Virus record (IMG/VR): IMGVR_UViG_3300027861_000011 | Coordinates: 64,001-128,000 of that record | DNA length: 64,000 nucleotides | Direction: 5' to 3' (one strand) | From: a virus | Part shown: piece by piece, positions 50,880 through 61,237 of the stretch | Position numbering within the stretch: the stretch's first letter is position 1 | Layout of the letters: the number at the start of each line of letters is the position of its first letter | The notes under the pieces: generated by a model | Database searches by the model: none | The model's input: only the letters and a program-made list of their open reading frames with translations | What the model was told of the DNA's origin: nothing | Program-made: the position numbers and the translations under genes

Positions 50880-53800
50880 ATGTTAGTAGATTACGGAATA
50901 GGTTGTATGACCAAACAACAATACATTGATGATGGGTTTCAAGTTTTTGAGAATCCTGATGGTACTATAAGTATATTTGACCAACATCAAAACCCGATTA
51001 CAGCTCATGAAACTACGTCATGTTGTTCAGTTTTAGGTAATGGTGTTATTGGTACAACTGATAGTTTAGGTTATTTTTTTGATATTGAAACTCAAAAGTG
51101 TAGGTGGAGTAACCCTATTGTTTCTGATGAATTATTTAGTATAATACTTAACCCTGAAGGTAATTCAAGTACTTTATTTGATGTAGAGGAAAACGAAACG
51201 TGTTGTATTGATATCTCATTCGATTATTTATTCAAGTTTGATTGTGAATCACTTAACAATGTAATAAACCCAATTCATGATAGTGGTAGTGAAAGTTTGG
51301 TTGGAACAGTAGACACATCTTCATTACAACTAGAACTTTTAACAGAGCAATTAAATTCTCAACAAACAGAATGTATTGAAATACAAAATCAAATAAATAA
51401 CTTACCCTTCGTACCCTATGTTTTATTATGTAAAGAAAATAACTTTTGTTTAACAGATGCTGGGTTAGCTGCCTGGAGATTAGAAATTGGTGACCAAGAT
51501 TACAGTCAGTGGTTAACGAATAATGGTACAAACACCAGTTTATATAGTTGTACAGATGTTGAAAATTTTGTATCCCACGAACCAAATCCAGGTGATTGGT
51601 ATAATTCACCTTGTAACTATACTATTTGGGATACTGAGATATACTATGAAACACTTTCAAGCCTTGAATCTAAGCTTGAGGAATGTGATAATAAATTGGA
51701 ATCTATTCAAGCGGAAATTGATGCTCTACCACAAGAAGTAATTAAATGTGCATCTTTAATTGATATATTTGAAACTTTTAATGTATGTTTTACTCTTGAG
51801 GTATATAATCAAACTACTGGAGCATTAGAAACTGTTTATGAGGAAACTCTTTTTAATATTGGTAGTGGTAATCTTTATGATTATATTGACGCTTCATCTG
51901 GAAATACTGGTATTATAATTAGTGGTGCCACAAGTTCAGTGTCGGGTAATAAGTCTTTACCCGAAAATCAACAAAACTCATGTGATAGGTTAATAAATAC
52001 TATGTTAAATGAGCTGTATGCGGACCAATATTTAATTGATAATGAACCCCCAGCAAGTAAATCTGAAGAAGAGGCTTTAGTAACACAACTTAAGGGGTGG
52101 TATAATTCATGTTGGTTACATTATGAACGTAAGATTTGTGACCCAGATATAATTTCGTTAATTGAAAATGAAAAAATTAATTTATCAATTTCAGTAAAAG
52201 ATTCCTGTAGTGATTTCTCAATACTTCTTGATAGAATTAAAATGTATAAGAATTGTGAGAAGGTAGATAATTTTGAAACATTTATATCTGAACCACCAAA
52301 GTTCACACTTAGGAAAGTAGCGGATAATAAAAAATCATGGCTTAGTAATACTTCTCCAGATAATAGAGATTTTGAATTAAAATATAGAGATACTGAATAT
52401 AATACCAATCACCATAGATTAGTAATAAACACAAAGGAAGTTGATTTAAATCTTTCACCAGCAAGAGCTGTTGAGCAAGATGTTTGGTGTTACATAAATG
52501 ATAATAACTGTATACTTGAGGGGTGCTTAGGTGATGATAGTTTTAGTGCTTTTACGTGTCCATCTGGATACACAATGACATCTGATGGTAATGTATGTCA
52601 AGAATTAATATTAACAGCGTCAACAAGTGCTGTTACACAATATACAGTTGGTACTGGAAATATAGTTAGAACTTCAGAAACGTTCAACTTAAGTAGAGGA
52701 ACTATATTTGTTAATAATATTGATGGTAAAGATTTACCAATATACTGGACTGGAACACCTAGCGAAAGTTGGGTTGGGCCTTACTATAATAGTGATTATT
52801 TAGTAGATTCATCTGGGCAATTTATAACTCATAGTGGATTTGGTGAAAAATATAATATTGATGGTTCATTAAAATGGTCATCACCAGAAGCGTTTAGTGG
52901 TATTCATAGTGTATTTGGTACAAATAATAATACATTTATAGGTACTACATTAAACCCCAACATATTATGGGGTGGTAGTAATAGTGGTAACTCTGGTAGA
53001 CTTAGAAAAACAGCCGTATGGGCTTCACCATCAACATTAGCGGAACAAGAATGGATTGGGTTTGCTTCATGTTTCGAACTAGAAGAAACTAAAGTTTATA
53101 GAATTGGATTTGCTGCTGATAATATGATTAGACTTAAACTTAATGGTGAATATATATTTAATAATGCAATTACACCAGAGTTTGATGAATTAACCAACGG
53201 TCAGTGGAGTCCTTCATTATCAAGAGATATACAAGCATGGCTTGTAATTGCGATAACAATTCCATCTGGTAAGAACATTATTGAAATGGAAGGGTGGAAT
53301 TCAGTATCAAATAGTGCTGTAGGTTTCGGTCTTGAAGTATACGATGCCACTGAAGAACAACTTAAAAATATGACAACTGAAAGTGAGTTAGCTTCAGTTA
53401 CGTTATTTAATACAAATGATGAAGTAGGTAATACTTTCCAATTAGGTGAAAATAGTGGTTTCTCATGCCCAACTGGATATGCTTTAGATACATGTATAAC
53501 ATCACCATATCAATGTGTTAAGATTGATAAAATTAGAAGGGATGAAATACAAGATAATTGCTGTTGTGAAGGTTTCCCAATACAAGCAATAACTTATGAT
53601 AACTCAACGGTAGAGTTACCACTTACAGGTTCAACTGGAACTACACTTGATTGTAATGAGATACAAACATTAATAAATAATTTTAACGGTACAACGATAT
53701 TTGAATCAATTAAAACACGTAAATGTGGTAATATAAACTCTATAGGTGCACCTATTAATACTAAAATATGTGATATAAATGGTCTTTCTTATACTAATAT

Positions 53801-55988
53801 ATTTACTGCAACAACAGAATGTTTCACAAGTAACGCTTTATCTGGCGCTTGCTTTAATAGTGTAACCTGGACAACTAATCTTTATGAAGATAATGTGTTA
53901 GTTGGTAGTGATTTATTTTACACTTCCACAAGTATGGGTGATGCGTTGCCAAGTAACATTGAACTTAGCGGTTCTGTTGTATCATTATTTGATTCCATGG
54001 GTTATGATTATGCATTTAATGGTACAGAATTTACAATAATAGAAAATGGGTTTAATGAAATAAGGTTAGATGTTAACACAAGTCTTAGTTATGATTCTAA
54101 TTGTACAGTTACTGGTAATACTACAGGTGATACATTTTGTAGTTGCCCTATTGGTACAACAGCTACAACAGCTAATGATTCCTGTCAAGGATTTCTATAT
54201 ACAGCAGCTACTTTTAATGGTAGTGGTTCAACTATCGTTGCTGGTACCATAAGCTCTTCTTACGGTGAGTTTGGTACTTTCTTTTACCCAGATATAACCG
54301 ATATAACCGACTTACCACTTACAAGGACTAGTAATACATATCATATGGTTACTCAATCTGGAGGTACCGTAACTGCAACTAATATCTCTAATAATATGTT
54401 TTGGGATTCTAATGGTTCATCATCAAAAGGTAGACTTAATAATGTAGGTATTTCAGCTTCAACTACAGAATGGGTTGGTTTTTCGGAATGCATTGATATT
54501 CCTACTAGTGGCACATATTATATAGGTGTGGGTGCTGATAACTTCATTAGATTTAGTGTTGATGGTACCCTAGTTGTATCAATCGAACCACCTACCACTT
54601 ACGATAAAAACCATAAGATGTGGCATGTATTTCCATATTTTTTAACGTCTGGTAAACACGTCATAGAGATGGAGGGTCGAAATGATTTACCTGGTTCTAC
54701 AGCATTCGGTGCGGAGATTTATTACCCAACCGATTTCGCAACGCTTACAGGTGCAACAACCACTGGTGATACTGGACTAATATTCTCTACAGTGAGTAAG
54801 GTAGGTGATACTTTTGATTTAGGTGATACTATGGGTTACTCATGCCCTAGTGATTATACATATGATTCATGTAGTACTAGTGGTACATGTGTTCAAATTA
54901 TAAATGAAGATATTAGCTGTATTTACAGTGGCTCATGTACTGGCGGCACAACCGAAGAAATATGTGATATATCTTTTACTGGTCTTACAAGTGGTTCTAC
55001 TTATCCGCTTAGTAGTTTTGATGGTTTCTGGTTTGTAGAAGAAAATGATGGAACAATTGGGGTTTATATGGTAGATTATATTTCTGGTCTAACTCAAACA
55101 TATGAAAATGTATCAGACCAAGTAACTATTGAATGTTGCGAAATTATAAATGATTCATTTCAAACATATAGTGATATGTTTGAACAAGGTATAAATAGTT
55201 ATGTAAATGTATCTTGGGACCCCAACAAAGGAAGATGTGTATATAGAAAATGTGGTGATGATGGTTGTATTAATATTGATACAATGCTTACCACTGAATT
55301 AAATACTATAGATACAGTTAAAGAATTTGAAGTGATATTAAGTTCTGAATTAATTGATGTTAAGAATAGACAAACTATAGGTTCTTACCCAACACTCAGA
55401 ATGCTTTATGATAGGTACAATAATCATGCGTTAGATTATTGTGAAGTTGATAGCTCAAGATTTGATTATTTCGATATGGATAATTTTGGACAAACAGTAG
55501 GTAATTATTGGATTGACCTTATTGAACAAGTTGTTCCAGCTACAACAATATGGGCTTCAACATATACTTATAAGAATACTATATTTGATGCCCAGAAATA
55601 TAATTATAAGAGAAATAATTTATTTACTTGTGAAGACCCACCAAACGATTTCCCATGGTCACCCATAGGTAGTTATTACGGAGTTGATGTTATTTTAGAA
55701 ACACTATTCAATCCAAACGAGAATGATGAAGTTATTATTTCTGGAAGTACTACGGGAAGTACTACGGGAAGTACTAATGAAGAGAAAGCCTTGTTAAAAA
55801 GGGGAAGACCACTCATAGTTACCGAACTAGATGATGGAACTAGAATCTGTAGTGGTGTTTGGGCTATGCAACACACTTGTGGTTCTGAATTCATAGGAAC
55901 AGTAAAAACAATAGAGACGAATGCTTTAAGTGGTGACACCAGTGGCGTATTCGGACCAGGACATGGACTACCCCCATCTGGCCCATAA
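50880..55988 (+). CDS. Large outer-baseplate/fibre protein with two PA14-like modules bracketed by Cys-rich CPxGY motifs
   Basis: YRIGFAADNMIRLKLNG...KNIIEMEG and YYIGVGADNFIRFSVDG...KHVIEMEG; many Cys pairs. Confidence 0.65.
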   Translation: MLVDYGIGCMTKQQYIDDGFQVFENPDGTISIFDQHQNPITAHETTSCCSVLGNGVIGTTDSLGYFFDIETQKCRWSNPIVSDELFSIILNPEGNSSTLFDVEENETCCIDISFDYLFKFDCESLNNVINPIHDSGSESLVGTVDTSSLQLELLTEQLNSQQTECIEIQNQINNLPFVPYVLLCKENNFCLTDAGLAAWRLEIGDQDYSQWLTNNGTNTSLYSCTDVENFVSHEPNPGDWYNSPCNYTIWDTEIYYETLSSLESKLEECDNKLESIQAEIDALPQEVIKCASLIDIFETFNVCFTLEVYNQTTGALETVYEETLFNIGSGNLYDYIDASSGNTGIIISGATSSVSGNKSLPENQQNSCDRLINTMLNELYADQYLIDNEPPASKSEEEALVTQLKGWYNSCWLHYERKICDPDIISLIENEKINLSISVKDSCSDFSILLDRIKMYKNCEKVDNFETFISEPPKFTLRKVADNKKSWLSNTSPDNRDFELKYRDTEYNTNHHRLVINTKEVDLNLSPARAVEQDVWCYINDNNCILEGCLGDDSFSAFTCPSGYTMTSDGNVCQELILTASTSAVTQYTVGTGNIVRTSETFNLSRGTIFVNNIDGKDLPIYWTGTPSESWVGPYYNSDYLVDSSGQFITHSGFGEKYNIDGSLKWSSPEAFSGIHSVFGTNNNTFIGTTLNPNILWGGSNSGNSGRLRKTAVWASPSTLAEQEWIGFASCFELEETKVYRIGFAADNMIRLKLNGEYIFNNAITPEFDELTNGQWSPSLSRDIQAWLVIAITIPSGKNIIEMEGWNSVSNSAVGFGLEVYDATEEQLKNMTTESELASVTLFNTNDEVGNTFQLGENSGFSCPTGYALDTCITSPYQCVKIDKIRRDEIQDNCCCEGFPIQAITYDNSTVELPLTGSTGTTLDCNEIQTLINNFNGTTIFESIKTRKCGNINSIGAPINTKICDINGLSYTNIFTATTECFTSNALSGACFNSVTWTTNLYEDNVLVGSDLFYTSTSMGDALPSNIELSGSVVSLFDSMGYDYAFNGTEFTIIENGFNEIRLDVNTSLSYDSNCTVTGNTTGDTFCSCPIGTTATTANDSCQGFLYTAATFNGSGSTIVAGTISSSYGEFGTFFYPDITDITDLPLTRTSNTYHMVTQSGGTVTATNISNNMFWDSNGSSSKGRLNNVGISASTTEWVGFSECIDIPTSGTYYIGVGADNFIRFSVDGTLVVSIEPPTTYDKNHKMWHVFPYFLTSGKHVIEMEGRNDLPGSTAFGAEIYYPTDFATLTGATTTGDTGLIFSTVSKVGDTFDLGDTMGYSCPSDYTYDSCSTSGTCVQIINEDISCIYSGSCTGGTTEEICDISFTGLTSGSTYPLSSFDGFWFVEENDGTIGVYMVDYISGLTQTYENVSDQVTIECCEIINDSFQTYSDMFEQGINSYVNVSWDPNKGRCVYRKCGDDGCINIDTMLTTELNTIDTVKEFEVILSSELIDVKNRQTIGSYPTLRMLYDRYNNHALDYCEVDSSRFDYFDMDNFGQTVGNYWIDLIEQVVPATTIWASTYTYKNTIFDAQKYNYKRNNLFTCEDPPNDFPWSPIGSYYGVDVILETLFNPNENDEVIISGSTTGSTTGSTNEEKALLKRGRPLIVTELDDGTRICSGVWAMQHTCGSEFIGTVKTIETNALSGDTSGVFGPGHGLPPSGP
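54699..54830 (+). repeat. 132-bp direct repeat, copy 1
   Basis: 131/132 identical to 57368-57499 (offset 2669; G54801 vs A57470). Confidence 0.95.
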
Positions 55989-56045
55989 TTAAACGAAAAA
56001 AAAAATAAATAAAAATTAAATAAAAATTGAATACTATTTATATAT

Positions 56046-56288
56046 ATGCCAATATTAATACAAAACATAACCGCAAGTTTATCAGATGACATCTCTAATG
56101 ATGTTAGTGCTATTAAATTCGTTAAAGCTAATTTTGGATATAAAGATTGGTTTAAGATTGGGTATTTAGAAGTTTTCTTACAAAACTACAAACAAGTAAC
56201 CCAACTTACCGATTTAAATAAAATAAAAGACCTTGGGTTACTTGTAAATTATGGTAAACCATTCACTGAAATAAAGATATCATATTAA
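56046..56288 (+). CDS. Small hypothetical protein
   Basis: 80-aa ORF coupled (TAATG) to the next gene. Confidence 0.55.
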   Translation: MPILIQNITASLSDDISNDVSAIKFVKANFGYKDWFKIGYLEVFLQNYKQVTQLTDLNKIKDLGLLVNYGKPFTEIKISY

Positions 56289-58975
56289 TGAGTCACCAAG
56301 ACCCAATATATAATCAAAATGGTAACTGCGATAGAAATCAAACAGTACCAGTTGTAAACACTAGTTCTGACATCTGTGTGTTCACTATACCTTTCTTTAC
56401 AATGAGTGGTGGAAGTAAAATTAACTGTAGTGAGAAAATCTGTTCAATTAGTGGTGTTTCCTATGATAATATACTCACAGCTACAACAGAATGCTTTACA
56501 AGTAACGCTTTATCGGGCTCTTGTTTCAACAGTATTAATTGGACTACTAATATCTATGAAGACAATAACTTAGTTTCATCAAACATGTTCTACACATCAA
56601 CAAATATAAATGACGTAGCAACAGAAATTGATTTTAGTGATTCAGTAATAACTTCATTCAATACATTAGGTTATGATTATTCATTTAGTGGTACACAATA
56701 CACAATAACAGAAAATGGCTTTAATACGCTAAGAGTAGATATCGACACATTACTTAGTTATGACGATAACTGTCTAGTCACTGGTAACACTACAGGTGAT
56801 ACATCATGTTCATGTCCATCTGGATACACACTTACTATTGGTAGAGATTCATGTTTATTTAGCGCCACAACTGCGGCAACATATAATGGTAGTGGCGCAA
56901 CAATTACTGCTGGTGATACTAATGCTGATTTTTCTACTTTGGGCGCATATTTTTATACTAATGAAACAAATAATGAATCATTACCATTATATAGAATTGG
57001 TAGTAATAATTATTTAACAGACCAATCTGGTAACACTATTAACATTACCAATACCTCGGATAATTCTAACCCATTCTGGGATTCAATGGGTTCAGTAATG
57101 AATGGTAGACTTAATAATGTTGGTTTATCTGCAACAACTACAGAATGGCGTGGTTTCTCACACTGTTTAGACCTTAATGTTTCTGGCACATACTATATTG
57201 GTATTGCTGCTGATAATTACTGTAGATTCAGTATTGATGGTGAATTATTTTTAGAATTAAATACTTTTATTGATAAAAATCATAAAATATGGCATGTATT
57301 ACCATATGATTTCACTTCTGGACTTCATATTATAGAAATGGAAGGTAGAAATGCTGGTTTATCTCCAACAGCATTCGGTGCGGAGATTTATTACCCAACC
57401 GATTTCGCAACGCTTACAGGTGCAACAACCACTGGTGATACTGGACTAATATTCTCTACAGTGAGTAAGATAGGTGATACTTTTGATTTAGGTGATACTG
57501 CTGGTTACACATGCCCACCTGGCTATTCACTTGACCTTTGTGGCGGTTCAGATTGTGTACAATTAAATTATACTTCGAGTACCTGTACTTATAGTGGAGA
57601 CTGTTCTGGTAGTACAAGTGAAATAATATGTGATTTAGATTTCCCTGGTCTTACAAGTGGCTCTACAAATGTTTACCCTCTTACTGGTCAAACCAACATT
57701 GATGTTGAATTTACTTTTACAGCTAACACTTCAAATCTTAATAGTGATAGTATATTTAGGTTCGAAATATATAAATATAATAACACTATTGGTATATTTG
57801 AAGAACCGTACAGATACCAATCAAGTGGTTATACTTGGGATTCATTTAGTGGTACAAGTGCGTTTACAGCCACAATACCAGTTACTAATCTAAATGTAGA
57901 TGGTGATTATTTAGTTAAAGGATATTACGTTCACGATGTTTGTACTGAATTTGGTGGTTTATTAGGTAATAAATTTAGTACTTCTTCATTTAAAACAGGT
58001 AATAATTACGGGCTTTACCAAGAAGATAGAGATTCATATTTTGTAGCATTTACTTCTGCTGACAAACCACTACTTAATATAGGTGATACTTTGCTTGAAC
58101 CAGCTGGTACGTTACTTACAAATAGTATTCTATTAGATGGTACTGAGTTAACGTTTGTCTTACCAAGTTCAAGTCTAGGTGGTAGTCACATGGTTGCATT
58201 AAATGGTTTAACACTTTCTGAAAATTATGATTATAGTTTAACTTCTGAAGAGGTTACTACTATATTTACTGCCACATCAGAAACAGTAATACTTAAGTTA
58301 AGTGGCGAAACTTTTTCTGGTGATATACTCACATATGTTTATATCAACTCTACTACTGATTCAGCATTTAGGTATGATACTATCGACATAATTACTACTA
58401 TCGCAAGTGGCTCTACTAACAGTCAAGGGTCGAATGACGTTTATTATAATACAACAGAAGGTAAATATGAAATTTACACTTCATTAATACCAGCCGAACT
58501 AAATAATATGGTGGTAACACTTAATGGTGTCACCCTAGCCAATAATATTGACTACTATCAGTCAATTACAAATCCAAAAAGAATTATTCTTGAAGGTGTT
58601 TTAGCTGTTGGTGATTTAATTACTATATATTATGTAACAAGTGTTGCATTCCAAGGAAACATAACGACAACTAATATAAATTTTTCTTGGGGTATTACAA
58701 ATCAACCACAAACAACAAATGGATTATTTACTGTTGAAATTGCTTCTGATAATTTATTTACTACAATAGTTGGGACAGGTACAACAGAATATATAATTGG
58801 GGTAACTAATTATTCACTACAACTACCAACTATTGGTGAAGTTGGTGATGTATTATATTATAGAATAAAGAATGATAAAAATTATGTAAATTTATGTGGT
58901 AGTATAATAAATACAACCGCATATAGTGAAATAATTGATATAAGAATACAAACAAATGCAACTAATTCATACTAA
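56288..58975 (+). CDS. Outer-baseplate/fibre protein with one PA14-like module, paralogous to the preceding gene
   Basis: YYIGIAADNYCRFSIDG...LHIIEMEG; about 1.2 kb paralogous to ~53.8-55.0 kb. Confidence 0.65.
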   Translation: MSHQDPIYNQNGNCDRNQTVPVVNTSSDICVFTIPFFTMSGGSKINCSEKICSISGVSYDNILTATTECFTSNALSGSCFNSINWTTNIYEDNNLVSSNMFYTSTNINDVATEIDFSDSVITSFNTLGYDYSFSGTQYTITENGFNTLRVDIDTLLSYDDNCLVTGNTTGDTSCSCPSGYTLTIGRDSCLFSATTAATYNGSGATITAGDTNADFSTLGAYFYTNETNNESLPLYRIGSNNYLTDQSGNTINITNTSDNSNPFWDSMGSVMNGRLNNVGLSATTTEWRGFSHCLDLNVSGTYYIGIAADNYCRFSIDGELFLELNTFIDKNHKIWHVLPYDFTSGLHIIEMEGRNAGLSPTAFGAEIYYPTDFATLTGATTTGDTGLIFSTVSKIGDTFDLGDTAGYTCPPGYSLDLCGGSDCVQLNYTSSTCTYSGDCSGSTSEIICDLDFPGLTSGSTNVYPLTGQTNIDVEFTFTANTSNLNSDSIFRFEIYKYNNTIGIFEEPYRYQSSGYTWDSFSGTSAFTATIPVTNLNVDGDYLVKGYYVHDVCTEFGGLLGNKFSTSSFKTGNNYGLYQEDRDSYFVAFTSADKPLLNIGDTLLEPAGTLLTNSILLDGTELTFVLPSSSLGGSHMVALNGLTLSENYDYSLTSEEVTTIFTATSETVILKLSGETFSGDILTYVYINSTTDSAFRYDTIDIITTIASGSTNSQGSNDVYYNTTEGKYEIYTSLIPAELNNMVVTLNGVTLANNIDYYQSITNPKRIILEGVLAVGDLITIYYVTSVAFQGNITTTNINFSWGITNQPQTTNGLFTVEIASDNLFTTIVGTGTTEYIIGVTNYSLQLPTIGEVGDVLYYRIKNDKNYVNLCGSIINTTAYSEIIDIRIQTNATNSY
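57368..57499 (+). repeat. 132-bp direct repeat, copy 2
   Basis: See 54699-54830. Confidence 0.95.
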
Positions 58976-59029
58976 TTATTTATTTTTTAGTATTTATTAG
59001 TAATATAATAAGAAAAGATATTTTAAAAT

Positions 59030-61192
59030 ATGAGCTATTTAATTAACAGTACAGATGCTTTCGTTAATATTAAATTAACCCAAGCTGGAAGAGAAAAGTT
59101 AGCCCAAGGGCAATTAAACTTTACATCTTGGGGTATAGGTGATTCAGAAATCAACTATGATAGAGAAACCATACACAATAATAACATTACTGATGTAAGG
59201 TTGTCTGGTACTAGTAAAGTATTAAGGCCAGTAGATAATCAACCAGACATTAAGACTTTCATTACCGCTACAAGTAATGGTAATGTTAATTTAAACCCCC
59301 TTAATGCCTCTCAAATTACCACTATTAAAGCGATTGTAAATAATCAAGCTACTGAAAGAGGATTCTTTAGTGGTGATGGCACAACCTATATAACCTATAC
59401 AGGTGATACTTATATTCAAGCTCAAGGTACAGTTGTCGGTTCTTCAATTACTGGTGGAACGTCACTTGTAATTGGTACTGGTTATACATATAATAGCGGT
59501 GACTTTATTCTCCTTAAATTAGGTAATGATACTATTGGTTCTTTAACTAACAACCAAAACACAATACCAGTACCTCAGTTATGGTATAAAATTAATTCAA
59601 TAACAACGACTACCAACTTAAATGACACTATAATAGTAGATAGAGATTTACCAAGTAATATTGCAACAACCGCAACAACACAATGGATTATTTACACTAG
59701 TGATGAAGTTTATGGTGGTTTTGGTTTTCAAGAAACAACACCTTATTGGAATACGAATACACTTGCTTTTGCTGGGTGTTGTGACATAACCTGTGGAGAT
59801 GTTCCAGTTTGGAATATGAATAACGTGTGGTGTGAGAATATGGTAGGTATGAGCGGTACTGGTGTCAACAACATACCAGCAACTCCTTATCAAAGCTTCG
59901 AAAAATTTGGTTCTAACGCTTATTTAGGTCAAAAATATCCTTACTTTGATTATTCTTGTAATGAAGGTCTTATAACAGATATTGATATTTGTGGTAATCC
60001 AGGAGAATCAAGTCTTGATGGAACTAAGAAATCAATATCTATAATTCATTATACAAATAATACTATTTCTAATTTCTATGGAGAGTATTTCTTTATAGAT
60101 GGAGCAAATAATAAAGAAGTTAGACTTACATTACCAGACCTTATGTATCATAGAAGAAACTATTCCACTGGAACAGGTACAACAATGGGTATGGATTTTA
60201 TAGCTACGGGTACAACTAAACTTATAGGTACGTCAGATATTCAGTATGTCGATTTAATTGAAGACCCAACTATGGTTAGTAATGGTCCTAATGTAGTTGG
60301 TAAAGTATTTCCACAACTAAAGACTATTCTATTTGATGATGATGAAATTGTTGCTGCAATGTCTTATAAATCAAATAGAAACTGGACACTACCTCCCTTA
60401 AGTGCTAATATGGTATCATCATCTAATGGAGTAACAGGTGGTATATTAGACATAGCCAAAACAATGTATTTAACATATTCATTTGAGAATTCGACTGGAA
60501 CTGGTCTTACAACTACACTACCATGTCAATATTACACTAAGATAACAAATAATACATCAAACACTAAAGATATTCAATTCAAAATTGGTGATATTGATTT
60601 ATTACCCTACATGCGAAAAGAAGAGAAAGTAACTTACGATGGAATGGGATTCTCAGCTAGAGAATTTAAAGTATTATATCAAATAGTTAATGATGCTGAT
60701 GATAGACCATTGGCTGATGCTTGGAAAGAATATGATTTCACAAGTACTGCTATTACATCTGTTACTGGTGAAACAATTGACCCATTACTTTTAGAGGTAC
60801 AGAACCCAATATCAACTGGATTCCTTATTGATAGTAATGTAAATTCTTCTGCCACTACGTTTAGTATTATGTCATCCCTTAACATGATGACAAATTCAAA
60901 TAATAATGGTTTGCAGTTTGGTGATGAGAGATTCTTCTATGGTAATTTAGAAACGTATATTGGTGCTACCATATATAAAACAGTATTTAACCTTAATATA
61001 TCGGCAGATGATTTTAAAACCACATCAAACCCAACAAGACTAAATAGTAGTACTAACCCACCAGATATTGAAGTAACTGAAGTTGGTATATATGATACTA
61101 CTGGAGTTTTAGTTATGATAGGTAAATTAAGTGCGCCAGTTAAGTTATCATCAGGTAATACTATTATGGTGGAGCTTGCGATGGATTTTTAA
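59030..61192 (+). CDS. Tail fibre/baseplate attachment protein
   Basis: N-terminal IKLTQAGREKLAQG...GIGDSE and C-terminal EVTEVGIYDTTGVLVMIGKL, typical of fibre-anchoring domains. Confidence 0.65.
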   Translation: MSYLINSTDAFVNIKLTQAGREKLAQGQLNFTSWGIGDSEINYDRETIHNNNITDVRLSGTSKVLRPVDNQPDIKTFITATSNGNVNLNPLNASQITTIKAIVNNQATERGFFSGDGTTYITYTGDTYIQAQGTVVGSSITGGTSLVIGTGYTYNSGDFILLKLGNDTIGSLTNNQNTIPVPQLWYKINSITTTTNLNDTIIVDRDLPSNIATTATTQWIIYTSDEVYGGFGFQETTPYWNTNTLAFAGCCDITCGDVPVWNMNNVWCENMVGMSGTGVNNIPATPYQSFEKFGSNAYLGQKYPYFDYSCNEGLITDIDICGNPGESSLDGTKKSISIIHYTNNTISNFYGEYFFIDGANNKEVRLTLPDLMYHRRNYSTGTGTTMGMDFIATGTTKLIGTSDIQYVDLIEDPTMVSNGPNVVGKVFPQLKTILFDDDEIVAAMSYKSNRNWTLPPLSANMVSSSNGVTGGILDIAKTMYLTYSFENSTGTGLTTTLPCQYYTKITNNTSNTKDIQFKIGDIDLLPYMRKEEKVTYDGMGFSAREFKVLYQIVNDADDRPLADAWKEYDFTSTAITSVTGETIDPLLLEVQNPISTGFLIDSNVNSSATTFSIMSSLNMMTNSNNNGLQFGDERFFYGNLETYIGATIYKTVFNLNISADDFKTTSNPTRLNSSTNPPDIEVTEVGIYDTTGVLVMIGKLSAPVKLSSGNTIMVELAMDF

Positions 61193-61237
61193 CATATAAG
61201 TAGTAAAAGAAATATAATAGTAATGGAATTTTAAGAT

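Noticed and set aside
54699-57499. Diversity-generating retroelement template/variable repeat pair
   Set aside because: There is only one mismatch, both copies lie inside ORFs, and no reverse transcriptase or Avd is in the window. DGR pairs show many adenine-specific differences.
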